In this document: positions 1-13,402 of the stretch, one piece after another | Layout of the letters: each line of letters starts with the position of its first letter | Position numbering within the stretch: position 1 is the stretch's first letter | NCBI GenBank assembly: GCA_965285935.1 | Contig: OZ260666.1 | Span: forward strand, 21,762,001 to 21,826,000 | Direction of reading: 5' to 3' | Source of the DNA: Ophelia neglecta | Lineage: Eukaryota | DNA length: 64,000 nucleotides | Notes under the pieces: model-generated | The model's database searches: none | Told to the model about the DNA's origin: nothing | What the model saw: only the letters and a program-made list of their open reading frames with translations | Made by a program: the position numbers and the translations under genes

Positions 1-436
1 GACATTATAGTTTTCCTGCCCGACGGGGCAAGTGAACACATCCCTATATTTTTTTATTCGTTGCTTTAAAAAAAATAGTACAGCAGCGTTGCTGAATATT
101 CTCAAGCAAGTGAAAATAAATTGTCGTATTTATGATATTAAAAAATACATAGTAAACACATTGGCCTATATAGGTGATTAGGCCCTGAAGGGTCATGGTC
201 TTACAGTGGTCATATACTGTACAAATTCCCTAGCCAAATCCACTGTTTATTATGGTCATTATGGTTACTGTATTTTCAATGACTTTGCTAGAAAAGAAAA
301 GAGTTTTTACCAATATAATACTGTCTTTTGAAATGACAGAAAAAAGACGGGCAAGTAGATTTTTCTTGGGGCAGGTAGAAAATTCGGTCAACTGCACTAC
401 TGGGGCAGGCAAAAAATAAAAATTATGTCAGGCCCT
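1..436. mobile_element. Non-autonomous hAT-like MITE, left end cut by window edge
   Basis: Right end ...AATTATGTCAGGCCCTG (reverse complement CAGGGCCTGACATAATT) matches the window start GACATTAT. Subterminal CTGCCC/GGGCAG motifs occur at both ends. TSD cannot be checked. Confidence 0.5.
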
Positions 437-652
437 GGGGTGAAGATTAGCAATACAGCCATATTTTGACTATTGATTTATGTCATGGGCTTTTGCTTTA
501 AAACTAATATTAAACAAGTCTGATATATATATATAAAACTACTAGTGCATCCTGTCTTTTAAAGGGTGATTTTTTTACTATTCATTAGTGTGTATATTGT
601 AAAACCACTCGGATGATTTTAGTGTGCAGGCGCAGTGGTGCGTGGTCTAAGG

Positions 653-886
653 TTGTTGTTGTTTGGGTTTTTTTACGTGGCTTTCAACACTTATCGGTCA
701 TATCGCCACAGTGCCTACTTGTGACAGTGGGCTCAATGCCCTCTTTTGAGTGCTGCCTCACTGGAGTACCTGCCGTAGACACCAGACAGGGAACCCCACC
801 CAGTCACATTATACTGACACTGGGTTGACCAGTCCTGATACTACCCCGGAAATACCGGCGCCTGGCAGGGGAGCTATCAGTACCTA
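653..886 (-). mobile_element. 5'-truncated SINE (Meta-domain-like) with 14-bp TSD
   Basis: Perfect direct repeat TGCGTGGTCTAAGG at 639-652 and 887-900. The minus strand reads GGTACTGATAGCTCCCCTGCCAGGCGCC...TGTCAGTATAATGTGACTGGGTGGGG and ends in an A/(AAC)n tail. Similarity to MetaSINEs is from memory. No tRNA head is present. Confidence 0.75.
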
Positions 887-1449
887 TGCGTGGTCTAAGG
901 ACAGTGATTGCTATATGGAAATATGCCCAGTGGACACCCGTGCACTCTATGTGCAAATATTGAGGTATTATTGGCATATTATTGTTATTTCATTTTAACT
1001 CGGCAAGCAATGAACAACATGGGAGGTTTGTGCCGGTTAATCATTCAGTCATCTCAGCTATGACCCAATTCGAAATGTGATTCAACACCTCAGAACAAAG
1101 CCTAGATCTACTGGTGATCAAAGGGCTGTCAATTTTTGATTAATGAACAAGTTCTTCTTTGGGGAAATTTATCAATACTACGCCAGTTCTAGACACATTT
1201 GTAAGGCTAAATATACATGGCCATGGGATCAAAGGGCTGTCAATTTTTTTAATGAGTCAGTCCTTCTTGAGGATAAACGACAATAAAACGAAGTCTTAGA
1301 CACGCGTGTATGAGATCTACTAAGATCATGTTATTCCTTAAATAAACCGACAATATTCCTCACGATTTAAACTACGTAGCAAGGATCTACTAAAAATCGA
1401 CATACACATGTCCGAGGACATACGTTTATGAACATTGGCTTACATGAGG

Positions 1450-1758
1450 CAGGGACCGGCACGATTTCGATTTTGAAATCAAAAACGTAATCGAAATGAG
1501 ATCGTTTTGCCGCAATCGAAATCACCCCTTGAAATAATCTATGAAATCGAAGTCGCAATAGAAATTGCTCTTCTGAAATCGCCACAACAAATGATTTCAG
1601 GCGATTTCAAACGAAATCGAAATCGTTGTGTGGAAATCGTAACTGAAATCGAAATCACTGATTCATGAAATCTAAAAGAATCGAAATTGTCTGATTCCAC
1701 AATTTCCGCCATCGAAGTCGTAATCGAAATCGTCATCTCGTAGTCGTGCCGGTCCCTG
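1450..1758. mobile_element. hAT-type MITE with 8-bp TSD
   Basis: TIR CAGGGACCGGCACGA / TCGTGCCGGTCCCTG; TSD ACATGAGG at 1442-1449 and 1759-1766; internal GAAATC repeats. Confidence 0.85.
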
Positions 1759-2184
1759 ACATGAGGCCAGTACATGCACATAGAAAAGTGCTGGTTCCTC
1801 AATTAACCGGAAGCCCCATTATAAGTTAATGGGACCTCCACAAGTTAGTAGTAAATCTTTGCTCTAAAATCATGTATTTTCTCTCAAATATTTGTTTTCT
1901 GGATATTGATAGTTGATAGTTGACGCTAGCCGCCCTGTCATGTGTTGGTTTGCCGCCTGACATTTGTCCACACATTGTACTGCACAGCAAAGTATGACGT
2001 CATTCAATACATGTTCCGTACGCTACAGTGACATGTGATCGACCCATGAAATGACATCACGCTTTCATGTGTAGGGAATTCCCATGTGATGTGTTTGCTT
2101 CACCTGGATGATAAAATGGCAGGATTGCAATCGCCAAGTCTCGCTAATTGTAATGAATTTGCTGCAACTATATTATATTGCAAT

Positions 2185-2495
2185 CGAAATCGAAATCGAA
2201 ATCGTTGTGTGGAAATCGTAACTGAAATGTAAATCACTGATTCATGAAATCTAAAAGAATCGAAATTGTCTGATTCCACAATTTCCCCCATCGAAGTCGT
2301 AATCGAAATCGTCATCTCGTAGTCGTGCCGGTCCCTGACATGAGGCCAGTACATGCACATAGAAAAGTGCTGGTTCCTCAATTAACCGGAAGCCCCATTA
2401 TAAGTTAATTGGACCTCCACAAGTTAGTAGTAAATCTTTGCTCTAAAATCATGTATTTTCTCTCAAATATTTGTTTTCTGGATATTGATAGTTGA
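2185..2495. repeat. ~310-bp near-identical direct duplication of ~1612-1922 (right half of the hAT MITE plus flank)
   Basis: The two copies match almost base for base. The ORF track shows the same spurious peptide twice (1539-1802, 2100-2381). Confidence 0.85.
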
Positions 2496-4499
2496 TTTTT
2501 CGGGCAGTTTATTCATCTGGCCATCGAATGATGCCCTGCGTTACCCCAGCAAAATAGTAAGCTTGCCAGCCATTCAATTTGTGACTAAGGACCTAGGGGT
2601 ATATGGCAGAGTTTTCAATGTGACATGCCTGATGGTGGCACATAATTGAGCCGGGTGTGTTGTTTACTTTTGTAACATATTGCAACATATTGTTAGGACT
2701 ATCCTTATTTAACATTACACGAGCCATGTTTGACCCACAACTTGTAAAAGACATCGAGAAATGTCAGTTTCTCTGTAAAAAAGTAAATAAACACAGCAGA
2801 AAGCATTATTATTTTTACTAAACGTACCATTCCTGTTGGGTCCGGAAGTATTATTGCTGCAGAGGCTGACGAAAGATTGCATGTCAAGTAAAACGTCCGG
2901 TGCAAAAAGTAGTATATCAATGGATCCCGCATTCCTTCATCCTGTGGTGTTCCGTCTGGTGACCGTGCACACATAGGGGTAGAATGGGACCGCGTGGCCG
3001 AGTAGTATGTGACCCCCATTGCTACCCACAACCTGTCCCATTGCTACTCACTACTCTGCTGAGGAGTGAGGAGGGAGGGTGCAACAAGATGATAGAGAGG
3101 ACTGAGAGGGAGAGAGGGAATAAAGGAACCAAGGGGTGGGAGGGACGGAGTTAGAGGGAGGGAGGGACTGTTGGAGGGAGGTGTGAAAGGGAGAGAGGGA
3201 AAGAGAGTAGACGGTACAACGGGGATAGGAGAGGAATAGGAGAGGGTGGTAGGGATCGATGGAGGGACCAGAGAGGAGAGGGGTCAAAGGGGCCAAGGGA
3301 GGGAGGGTAGGGGTAGAGACCGGATAGCGGGAAGGAACGCATAGAAAGAGGGAGGGACAAGGGGGCGGGGCCAGAGTGGGTAACAGGGAGGAACCAAGGG
3401 AGGAAGGGGTGTGATCGGACAATAGGGGAGACAATAGGGGAGAAGGGGGAGGAACTGAGGATGGTACTTCCAATATTTTAGGGTAAATCCACCACCTCCC
3501 CCTTTCAGGTAGTCCCTTATTCCTTTTGGTGCCCGTGCGGCCAAGATGGGCGCTGTTGCAGGTTAAAAGACATAGGCCTACACAAAGCTCATCGCTGCTG
3601 CAGTTCACAAGCCATGCTTTCCACACAAAGTTACCACCCTGTTCGAAATATTAACCTGTATCATATTAACCCGTAGTCACTATTAATGGTGTAAAGTAAC
3701 AAAACATTTAGAGATTGAAACTTGCAATTACTGAACTCTTACTAAATTTCATTATTTAGGCCTATTGATTGATTGATTTATTTTCGTACCATAAAACGAA
3801 ATGTACATGAATCTATAAAATAGACCAACATATAAAGCTCAGTATAAATAAATGTTAGCCTCAGCGCCCATAAAAGAATGACAATATAATTATGGCATAA
3901 GTAACGTCAAAAAGTTGCAAAACTTATTTCCGTGTAATTGAGTTGCAGTGGTTCCCAGTTAAAGTGGTGTTGAAATTAAATATTGCATACACTTTGCATT
4001 TTAAATTCCGCTTTCTAAAACTTATGATTGACAACCTTCATAGTTGTTAATAATCTTTTCATTCTGTATGACCCAATTACTGGACCAGGTATATGTTCCT
4101 GTCTTCCAGGAAGTCCATGAAAGACATAATGTTACTATATACAGGTGAAAAAATTGAAAAGTAAAGTTTATTGATCAGATGCAGATCAGATATATCAGTA
4201 TATCACAATTTAAAAACCTATAGTTGATTATCCATTCTCAATGAATAAACTAACCTATTATAATTGAGAAGATGTCACCCTATTCTAAATGTACGTTACT
4301 TCATTATGACAAGACTAGTGTCACAGTCGTTTGGTTTTCTGGTTTCCACTGTGCTTAGAGAATGTAGAAAGGATTCTAACATGTCCCCTTCCCAAGGGCC
4401 AGGAGTGTGTTGATTTCCAGAGAACAATTTTAGAAAAATTAAATGGTATTTTAAATCTGCAGATCTACGGTGGCTTACGGTGGTAGCTGGAAAACGCCA

Positions 4500-4850
4500 C
4501 TGAGATTATTGTTTATATGTCTTTCCCTCAAGATATCTTTCTCTTCCCCTCAAGATAATATATCGTTCCCTCAAGATTTCCTCAAGATAACTATCGCGTT
4601 CCATCAAGATAGTATCTCTTTCCCTCGAGATAAATATATATCTCGTTTTCTCGAAATAACTATCTAGTTCCCTCAAGATAGCAAATATATATCAACAGTT
4701 TGCTCTTTTGAGAGAACGCAATAAGTATCAAGAGGAAACGCGATGTCATCTTGAAGCAGCAAGAAAGTTTCTGGAGGGAACGATATAGTAATTTTAATTT
4801 TAAGTTAGTTTTCTTAAGGGAACGAGATATTATCTCGAGAGAACGCGATA
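4500..4850. mobile_element. Degenerate foldback/MITE built from TTCCCTCAAGATA motifs and their inverse
   Basis: Left half repeats (CG)TTCCCTC(A/G)AGATA; right half repeats TATCT(C/T)GAGGGAACG-like motifs. Confidence 0.45.
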
Positions 4851-5644
4851 AAAAAAACTGGCCTTATCCCGCCAGGGTAATATTGTGTTCCCAAAAGTAA
4901 ATTTTTTCAAATAATTTGCAAATGAAATAAATCAAAACTTGGTGAACTCAAAATGACCGATTTACTGCCCAAAATGGCAAAACTAACAGATATGTGAACG
5001 TAAACCATAATCAAGGTCCAATAAGAGCCGTGAACCTAATTGTTTACATTTCAGGGAATAGATATTGACGTATGAAACTTCAAACATGTTGATGTTTGGC
5101 ATGAATTAAACCACCTAAATATTCAATTATAATTTTAAATATTTATTCGAGGTTAATAATGTAATACAAGAATCATATGAAACAAAAAATGGACCTGAAT
5201 AGGACCTAAAATCAAATGAAGTAAATATGACTTGACAAAAATTTACCCATTTTAAATTAATTACTTTAGTACTCCTTTGAGTCAGATGATTCTTTTTATC
5301 TTTTATAACAATTTTTTTAGTTCTAACCGTGAATTTTCAGACTGCTATTAAATTAGCCTTTTAGGTTTTAATCACATACAGTACAAAGCAATGAGACAAA
5401 CGTTACATTCCTTATGTCGGCTTGTATTAAATTTTGACGAAAACACAATGTACTATACCGCACAAAATCTTGTGTCCAAATTAATTTTGAGTTTGCGCTT
5501 GACCATATATATAATTATACATATAATTGAATTTAATGCATTACTATGTTGCCACATTTTCATCTTTAATAAAAACAATATACCACCATGTGACAATCTG
5601 TGAAATATATGCATTATTTACCATTATTATACCATCGGTAAAAA

Positions 5645-5666
5645 TGTGTGTGTGTGTGTGTGTGTG

Positions 5667-5699
<33 letters not shown>

Positions 5700-5730
5700 G
5701 TTTGTGTATGTGTGTGTGTGTATGTATATA
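5645..5730. repeat. Compound (TG)n/(TA)n microsatellite
   Basis: Directly visible. Confidence 0.9.
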
Positions 5731-5885
5731 TGGTTTATATAGCCAATAAAATTTTCAATCATTGATATTGGTAACAGAACAGTATCGAATTCAGATACGC
5801 ATTCAACTAGTGGTCTGATAATGAGAATAGGAAATGTAATATATGCCAGATTTTTTAGTATACCATTAACAATTTTTTATTAATT

Positions 5886-8800
5886 TTAAACAACCGTTCT
5901 ATGTTCTAAATAATCGACAATGACCTCTGCAAAACGCTGTACTGCAGGCCTTTCTGCGTTAAAATTGAAAAAAGGAATCGTTTCAAACTCATTAAGAATG
6001 ATATGATTGCCTTCGAACATATCTACCCGCGCAAACAGCAGGTCTTTTTGAAGTAAATGTTCAGTTACTTCTAACACTCGCAATGCGGCTGAAATAACTT
6101 CTTTCTTCGGCATTATTTGGTGAATGTGTAAACCCTTAGATATATCTTGGGCCTCTTTAGGAATTTTAATGAATGCATGACTAAACTTATGTCTGATAAA
6201 TATGCAACATATTTCTCCAGTTATTTCCACGGCTTCAATATACTCCTGGACAAATGTATCTCCCCTTCTTAAGAGGTCTTCAAAATGCTTCTGAGCCCCT
6301 GCTCGATCTTCTCCTCGGGCTATTCGCTTTACGCCGAAACTGTCGCATCCTTTCACTGGTTTTATAATGGCTTTCTTCCATTGTTTCTCTTCTAATATAT
6401 CAGCAAAATGAGGAAAATCCTTATTTCTTTTTGTGTACAGCATGGTACTAGGAATCCTGATTCCGTGGCACTGTAACTGAATGAGATAGTGCTTATCCAA
6501 ATTCCACTTGAGCATAAAGGGGGTGGGCAATAAATTGACCTTCGAATTTTCCAGTTTCAACAACCATTTGAAAAACTCGCTAAAATGCTTAACGTAATCC
6601 CAAACTCCTAGAACCAGAACTAGGTCGTAATCATTCCATTGCACCGTTAAATCCTGCCAATCAGCGCTATCAAGAATATGGTCGAGTTGATTAAACTTTT
6701 CTGCAAGCTGCTGAAAGTCGGAGTTGGCTCTCTTGTCTGCGAACGTTAATTTGTCGTAAACGTAGCAGCATTTCCAGATCTGAAAAGATTTAATACAGCT
6801 AAATTTTTCATAATTGTGTTCGATTTAGGCAAGTTAACCGCAAAAGGTATACAAATAATCATCTTCCCATAACCAAATATTTAATCAGCTAATGATACAA
6901 AATTCTGCTAACGATTCTCAAAAGAACTTGTTCTAAAGCTCCTTTTACTCTAAAATATTTTTTTTTTAATGTTGCTTATATTTTATTCTAGTAATTCTGT
7001 ACATTGTGCTTATTGTTAAAGTCACGTGCAGGCGCATATTTCATCTATACTGTTGTAGGATGACATTAATAATTATTAATTACCTAAAAGATATCCTACT
7101 GAGCTGTTTCTTTAAACAGTAGCATTAAATAAGATTGTGTAGCCTTTCAGTTAATAGAGATAATAAAAATACTGTGGCTGGATGCACGCTGTTGAGGGAT
7201 TTTAAAACTCGTATAATTCGGGCTGCGTTTAAAGCTGGATAATGACTGGAAACAACCTGGTAGGTCACATTATGCAATCTTCCAGCCACATTTGCTTATC
7301 AACCTGAAATCAGCTCAAAACTAACTTTGCCTATAAAAAACATGTAGTGCTATTCTGTTTTGCATAGGGCCATGAATTATATTGTATTTGGCTTTAAAGA
7401 GGCCAAGTCTAGTTTATCTTGTATAGTAAATCCTGTTTTATAGGTCAGATAAATATTTATTCTGTTTTTTTATGGAATAAATTATCTTGTTTTCGGACTT
7501 GAATGTCGGTGTACCCATTTATCAAACTCCTTCCTCCAAGGTATACACAGGGCACAATGTACTTAGTAAAGTTAGATCATTATAGTATGAATGCATTGCA
7601 AATCTTACTGTTTATATGTTAGAGTGACAGTTATATGTTAGTATGATTGAAGGTGTTATTTAGTATGTTACCTATGAATGAAACTGGCCAGTTATGAATA
7701 TATGAATATTAGGTTATAAATGTGGATTAGAATAAATGTTGAAAAATGCAGTGTAAATGTGAACTTAGTAAATCTGTTTATGTGATTGTGTATAATGGAC
7801 GATTATGAATGCAAGTTATATGTATGTGACAAGTCATAATATTAATATATTTTCCTATAGTGTGTTTCAAATTGTTTCAGGTGTTTATGAAATCCGGTGT
7901 TTAGAATTAGGCCAAATAAAGAATCACAATTTTCTCACCTAACTCACCCCATTAATACGGAAAACCTCTGGTTAAAAGAACACCATCAAAACTATTAAAA
8001 AGTCAACATAACCATGAAGAATAGGTCAATCTGAAATTCAAGATACCAATATCATCCTTACTTATATGATTTCACTCTAATACTGGCCAATACACTTGAT
8101 GTATTAATCACAAAAAGGCCGCTATGAATAATTCTGTACCATCTGAAATTTTCACTATCGACATTTAGTCAATTTTCGTCCAATCATCTAGAATTATACG
8201 AACTTGCTGAAGAAATGTGGCATAGGTATCAAAATATTACAATATATAAGTCAAGATAGTGTATAGGGAAACGATGTTTTTTATTGATTTTTGTGTGTGT
8301 CAAGTAGGTGCTGTAAAATAAAGGTTAAAGTGACCTGATTCATACAAAGCTGAGAATCGCATAGGAATAATGCAAGCATTTTTGCATAGGCTGTCATTAG
8401 GAACACATGGAGCGAAGATTGGGGTAGTGGGACAATGTGGTGTCCTGGGTAAAGAGACGAGAGAATTCTTCCCTGATACACAGAACACCACATACTCACA
8501 ACTACCCTATTAATATGCTTTGATCTTGAAATCGCAACCTTTGATTTATATTTTAGTTGTTTATGAAAGTATTAACAAGTTAAGAGTTATACCAAGACAT
8601 TATGGTACTGATATGAATTATTATAAATAAAATGATATTCGTGTACTTTTGTGTACATGTATTTGTATTTCTTTCAATGTACGATTCATTGTATTGGCCC
8701 CCACAGGGGAAAACTACAATATTTATATGTCTTGAACCTATGTTAATAGACAACATTTATAATAACACAAAGCCAGTGTTGAGGATTCGTTCATAACCAT

Positions 8801-9344
8801 AAATCTAAAGAGTTATGGTAACTAATTGCTAGATTATGTCGAGGAGGGCCATGATAAAATTGCCCTTTGGTACGGTAGGGGGTCAAACTTAAAGGCTTTA
8901 AAAGAGGGGGAGGGTACTGTTGTCAGTAGAGTAGCAGGCTGTATATCTTTTCTCTAAAATTCCAATTACGGGAATAATATGGACCCAGATATAGAGATAT
9001 TTTCCCTAAACCAAGATACATTCCGTCTCAGCTTCTTTAATATGTAGGCCTGCCAAAACACTCAATTTTCATAGATGTGGGCTAGACGAAATAATCATGC
9101 GTCTGATTAAATTGCAACCATTATCTTGTTCACAAAAGCGATCAGAATGTGATTTCCAAGCCTGAGCCAAGATGACATGTTTTAACTTGTGTAACAACCG
9201 ACTAAAGCGCCCTATTCAAGCTTAGGAAATCACATTTTTATCAACCGGTATACCCGCGGCTCCGTTTTGCTATATAAGACTTCCTCCAATTTGAAAAATA
9301 ACCCACTTTAACTGTAAACTAAATTAAATACTCACCTTTGCCAT
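5886..9344 (-). CDS. ATP-grasp fold ligase, bacterial RimK/glutathione-synthetase-like (DcsG-like) family, ~300 aa
   Basis: Exon1 9344-9336 (ATG GCA AAG|gtgagt); exon2 6779-5886 (tcttttcag|ATC TGG...TAA), phase 0, open throughout. Motifs: DWQDLTVQWNDYDLVLVLGVWDY, N..(P)..KWNLDKHYL.QL...GIRIPST, AIIKPVKG, FVQEYI..V..GE, FSHA..K.P, LFARVD, LNEFE. Confidence 0.85.
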
Positions 9345-10044
9345 GATTGAATGAACTTGCGTGAAGACTCCGAGACGTATATACTAACTTGACTGAACGC
9401 CGTGTATCCTTTTATGCGTCTAATATTAGGGAAAGCTGACCCGAAGCTGCTAATCGAGCAAACGTTCTGGTAAAGTACTATACTGCAATACTTTTTGAAC
9501 TGAAAACTACAAGCTGATAAAATGGTTGGTACATTGAACTATCGCCAAGGTACAGTTTGGAAAGTTTTGGATAAATTTGAGGCCAAAGCATTATAGTCGG
9601 AAAGAAAATTCAAACCATTCCCTCGTTTACAATTTGGCATACAGTGGCAACATAATATGCCTTGTTCCTCTAACACCTTATTTATACTTTTGCGGAGATT
9701 TTCTTGAGGTAGTTTTATTAAAAGATCTTAAAAAACTGGCGGTTTCCCAAAGACTTACCGCCCACGTTATGGCCATCTAAAATAAAGCAAAACCCAATTG
9801 GTTGTTTAATTATAGTCTTATAATTTTAAAGCTTTCCAAATATGACACAAAATGTTGCATTAATTTATGTTATGAATAATTGACACATCGTTTTGCCAGG
9901 GTAGTCTTAATTGATAATCGGACAGCAGTTCACTTGTTTTCGGGATTTTCATGCAGCTCGTCGAAATAAAAATTAACTACAATTCCCCTCAAAATCTTAT
10001 ACCGTACGTCACAAAATTCATTTAGGCATTGTAGCAATTTAAAT

Positions 10045-10089
10045 AAAGTCTAGATGAAGGCAGGCTGGCCTGCCGAAAATTCGACATTT
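10045..10089 (+). ncRNA. Degenerate minimal type-I hammerhead ribozyme-like motif (Penelope-type)
   Basis: Sequence AAAGTC-TAGATGAA-GGCAGG-CTGG-CCTGCC-GAAA-ATTC-GAC-ATTT. Stem I GTC/GAC; core (TA)GATGA; perfect 6-bp stem II; GAAA; palindromic AATT stem III followed by C. The core deviates from CUGAUGA. Confidence 0.45.
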
Positions 10090-13000
10090 GTACCAGGTGT
10101 TTTTATTCTATTCATTCAGTCATTCAAAATAAGATAATTTTATTAAGCTATATATCATAAAAGAGAAGCAATGTATTTCAAAAATGAGATTAATTATTAA
10201 TTATTTCTGTTAACAATGAACATTGTTAAGCAATTAAAGCAGGGTCTCATGTGGCCCTTTTTTACCCAAATAAAGAATTTACCTTAAGTTTACTTTTATT
10301 TTAGTTTTATTTTACCTTTTATCCAAATAATAAATTAGAGTAAAATTTACTTGTTGTTTACAATTTGTTCACCTTAAGTTTACCTTTAAGTTTCCGCATA
10401 TCCCAATGTTTTAGAACGCTAAACCATATTTAGGTGAAATGTACCCTATCTTATATGCATATGAAATTGTCAAAGTTTATTTGATCTAAAATTTACCGTA
10501 ATTATAGAGGAACATTTTAGGTAACAATTAATTTTGTGTTTTATTTGGACACTTTTATAACAAGGTGCTATGCATAAAAAATCCAGATCTTGATTACTGG
10601 AAAAATGATTTTCCGTTGGATTGAAATGAACAGAATATCCAAATAAGCATACTACTCTGAAAACGTACCTTAATTAAGCAACTTTTCTGTGAACGACGGA
10701 CACCTTTGTAGGGAAAATATCCATCAAAACTACCTTTTGTGGCGGCATATCTAGTATGGTCGTAAATGGAAGTGCCTCCTACCCCCCCCCCCCCCCCTTC
10801 CTCTTATTATGACATCTCTGGAATAGTCCCAGACAGCCTTACCTAGCACCCTGTGAATTACAAACGTATAAAAAGGTTAAAACATAGATTTGTAGAACGG
10901 AGTTTTAGTAAGCCGGTTTGAGCTGGATATACCCAGTATCCAGATGCATCCTGGGTTTTATTTATCAAAGCGGAGGCAAGGATTGTTTTGTCGACTGAAA
11001 CACTAGACACGTGTTACATAATATAATATATATAGCCAACAATACGATTAAAAAATCTTGGAAAAACATCGACGCCAGTAGTGCTAGCGCTGTAGGCAGT
11101 GGATGGCGTGCTGTACCATATGACCGCATTTTTTATTGCCGCCGTACAATTTAGCTCATGCCAGACATAGCGCGGCACGTTAAGTCTATGCTAAAACACC
11201 CGCCTAGCAAAGGCCGGGAGCAAAGGTTATCTCGTGGTAGTTTTGACATAGTATATTTTTACTAGCGGCCACTAGGGTCGCATGAGGGCTGTGTTAAAGT
11301 TCGTTCTAGATCTATCCACTAATGAAGCAATATATTTGTAAAAAACAATTATTCTCTTTAATAGCACAACAGACAATTCATCAAATTCAAAAGACCGATT
11401 CACAAATTATTCTTGTTTACACAGCTAGAAGAAAATAACCATTATAGCACCAACAATATTGATTACGTTGAAATATCTGTTTATTCTCATTAAAGCGCCG
11501 GTCGCTTTAATCAGTTAATACTACTTAGTCTGTTAATACTACTAACAAAACTTGTCAATGCAATACTGACAAACTTGTCAATGCAAAACTAACTGCCTTT
11601 AACAGTATACAATTTTTACGCCCCTGGATGTTTAAAGCCATGCTGGCTGTAGCAAACATGAAGTTAGGTAGCACCCTTCGCTGTCTAGCCGTAAAAGCTG
11701 CATGGGCCAGGAGATAATTTTCTAACTCTCCAGGGGTCCTCAGACTTAAGAATAAATTTTATTGATGTCATCGATATAACATCACTGCACTTGGCGGTCA
11801 AATGGTGCCAGTTCAGCGTGTGCTAGAACTACGCTCAAATCCGTAACTTAATTCGCCGCGTGAACATGATAGTGCCGGGAGGCGATTATTTTACACCAAG
11901 CTTGAACATTTCCTACGCCAGCCATTTTCTATGCTTAAATGCGTAAAACGCGGCAATGTTGTATGCCACAACGGCAAGAACCTTGCCGGATGTAAAGTTA
12001 TCCGAATGACCAGTTAGTAGTATTCCTTTGAATGCCAGATACTCAGTGCTGTAATTGAACAAAAACAGCGATTTGTTGCACATAGACTGAATTGATGGTC
12101 CAAAAGGTGCTCATAGGTTTAATTGCACACATGTTAACAAATCTTTATTTGATAAATGCCCTAGACATTGCAGTATCTGTTTGCCCCAGTTGAAAGATTT
12201 CCTTTTTTTCGTGCCGTTATTTCATGATTATTGTCTAGTAGGTATAGATTTATATCCAGCAAACATATATGAAAATATTTCAGAAGGCGCAGGTATTTCG
12301 AGAGTACAAGAAAGCGTAATAAGCCCCTTGCGCATTGTTTACAGCCACAACATCTCGCACGTACTATCGCTCTATCTCGCGCGAGATTGACCCACTTACG
12401 CTGCATTCTCCAAACCTAGGAATAATATAAGATACATGCTATAATGGAAAGATTAAAGTGGAAATTCAAAACATCCAAATCCTGTTTTTGGTTTATTTTT
12501 ACTATCTACAACAACAACAATAGTTAATACAGTTGATTCAATCCAATTCACGATTCATATATTAAGCAGGTAAATAGTTAGTCAGTTAAAACCTAAAAAC
12601 ATTAATCTACCTGTTCGGTCTGTGATACTGTTTCTGTATCCTGTATCCTATTACCCAACTCACAGTGGTATAGCGAGGTTCACTTTTAAGGTTATTGAAG
12701 CCAGGGTTGTGTCCATGGCATCCCATAATAGTCAGGTAAAAAACTGTGGTCGGTAAAAAGAACACGATGCTTCCATATTGGAGAGATGCTTTTAAGTGGG
12801 AAAGCAGTATTAATTATCAACAGACACAGAAAAAAGTACGTTGATAATGATTTCTGGTAATGTAAGGTGTTGTTCTAAGATCCTGGATACACTTCAATTT
12901 CTTACTGCCTTTTGAAGATCTAGGACTATTTTTAGTTTACTTTAGTAAGTAAGTGGAAATATGTTAACGTGGTACACAAACAATTCCTGTAAAAAAAATC

Positions 13001-13402
13001 AAGCGGAAAGTAAAGTGCAATTTTCACCCAGTCAGTAGCATGCTATCTGGATTTGAAAATGTATTTAAAGCCACACTAGAAGAAAACAAATGTTTTTTTC
13101 CCACCTTTTAAACAAGTTGCTGGTTTATACAAAATTCAGTTCTTAAAAATACATCATTTGGAAAGAAAAATTGTCGCGACAAACTTTGAAAATACATAAT
13201 ATGCGCGTTTATGGGAAAATTTGGAATGTAAAGAGTTTGTTAGAAAGTTACCCTCTAACTGCCCAGCTACCTAATAGAGCGTCCCCCACATTTCTAATAC
13301 TGTGTCCCTAATGTTACGTAACAATTATTTAAGCAAGACATGCTAAAGAGTCTAAGTGTTAATGCTCTGAAGTTCCTGTTCTATGGATTCGTGTTTCCTA
13401 TT

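Noticed and set aside
3051-3626. Pro/Leu/Ser-rich 191-aa ORF
   Set aside because: Arises from a low-complexity purine tract, possibly a retroelement UTR; no domain motifs.
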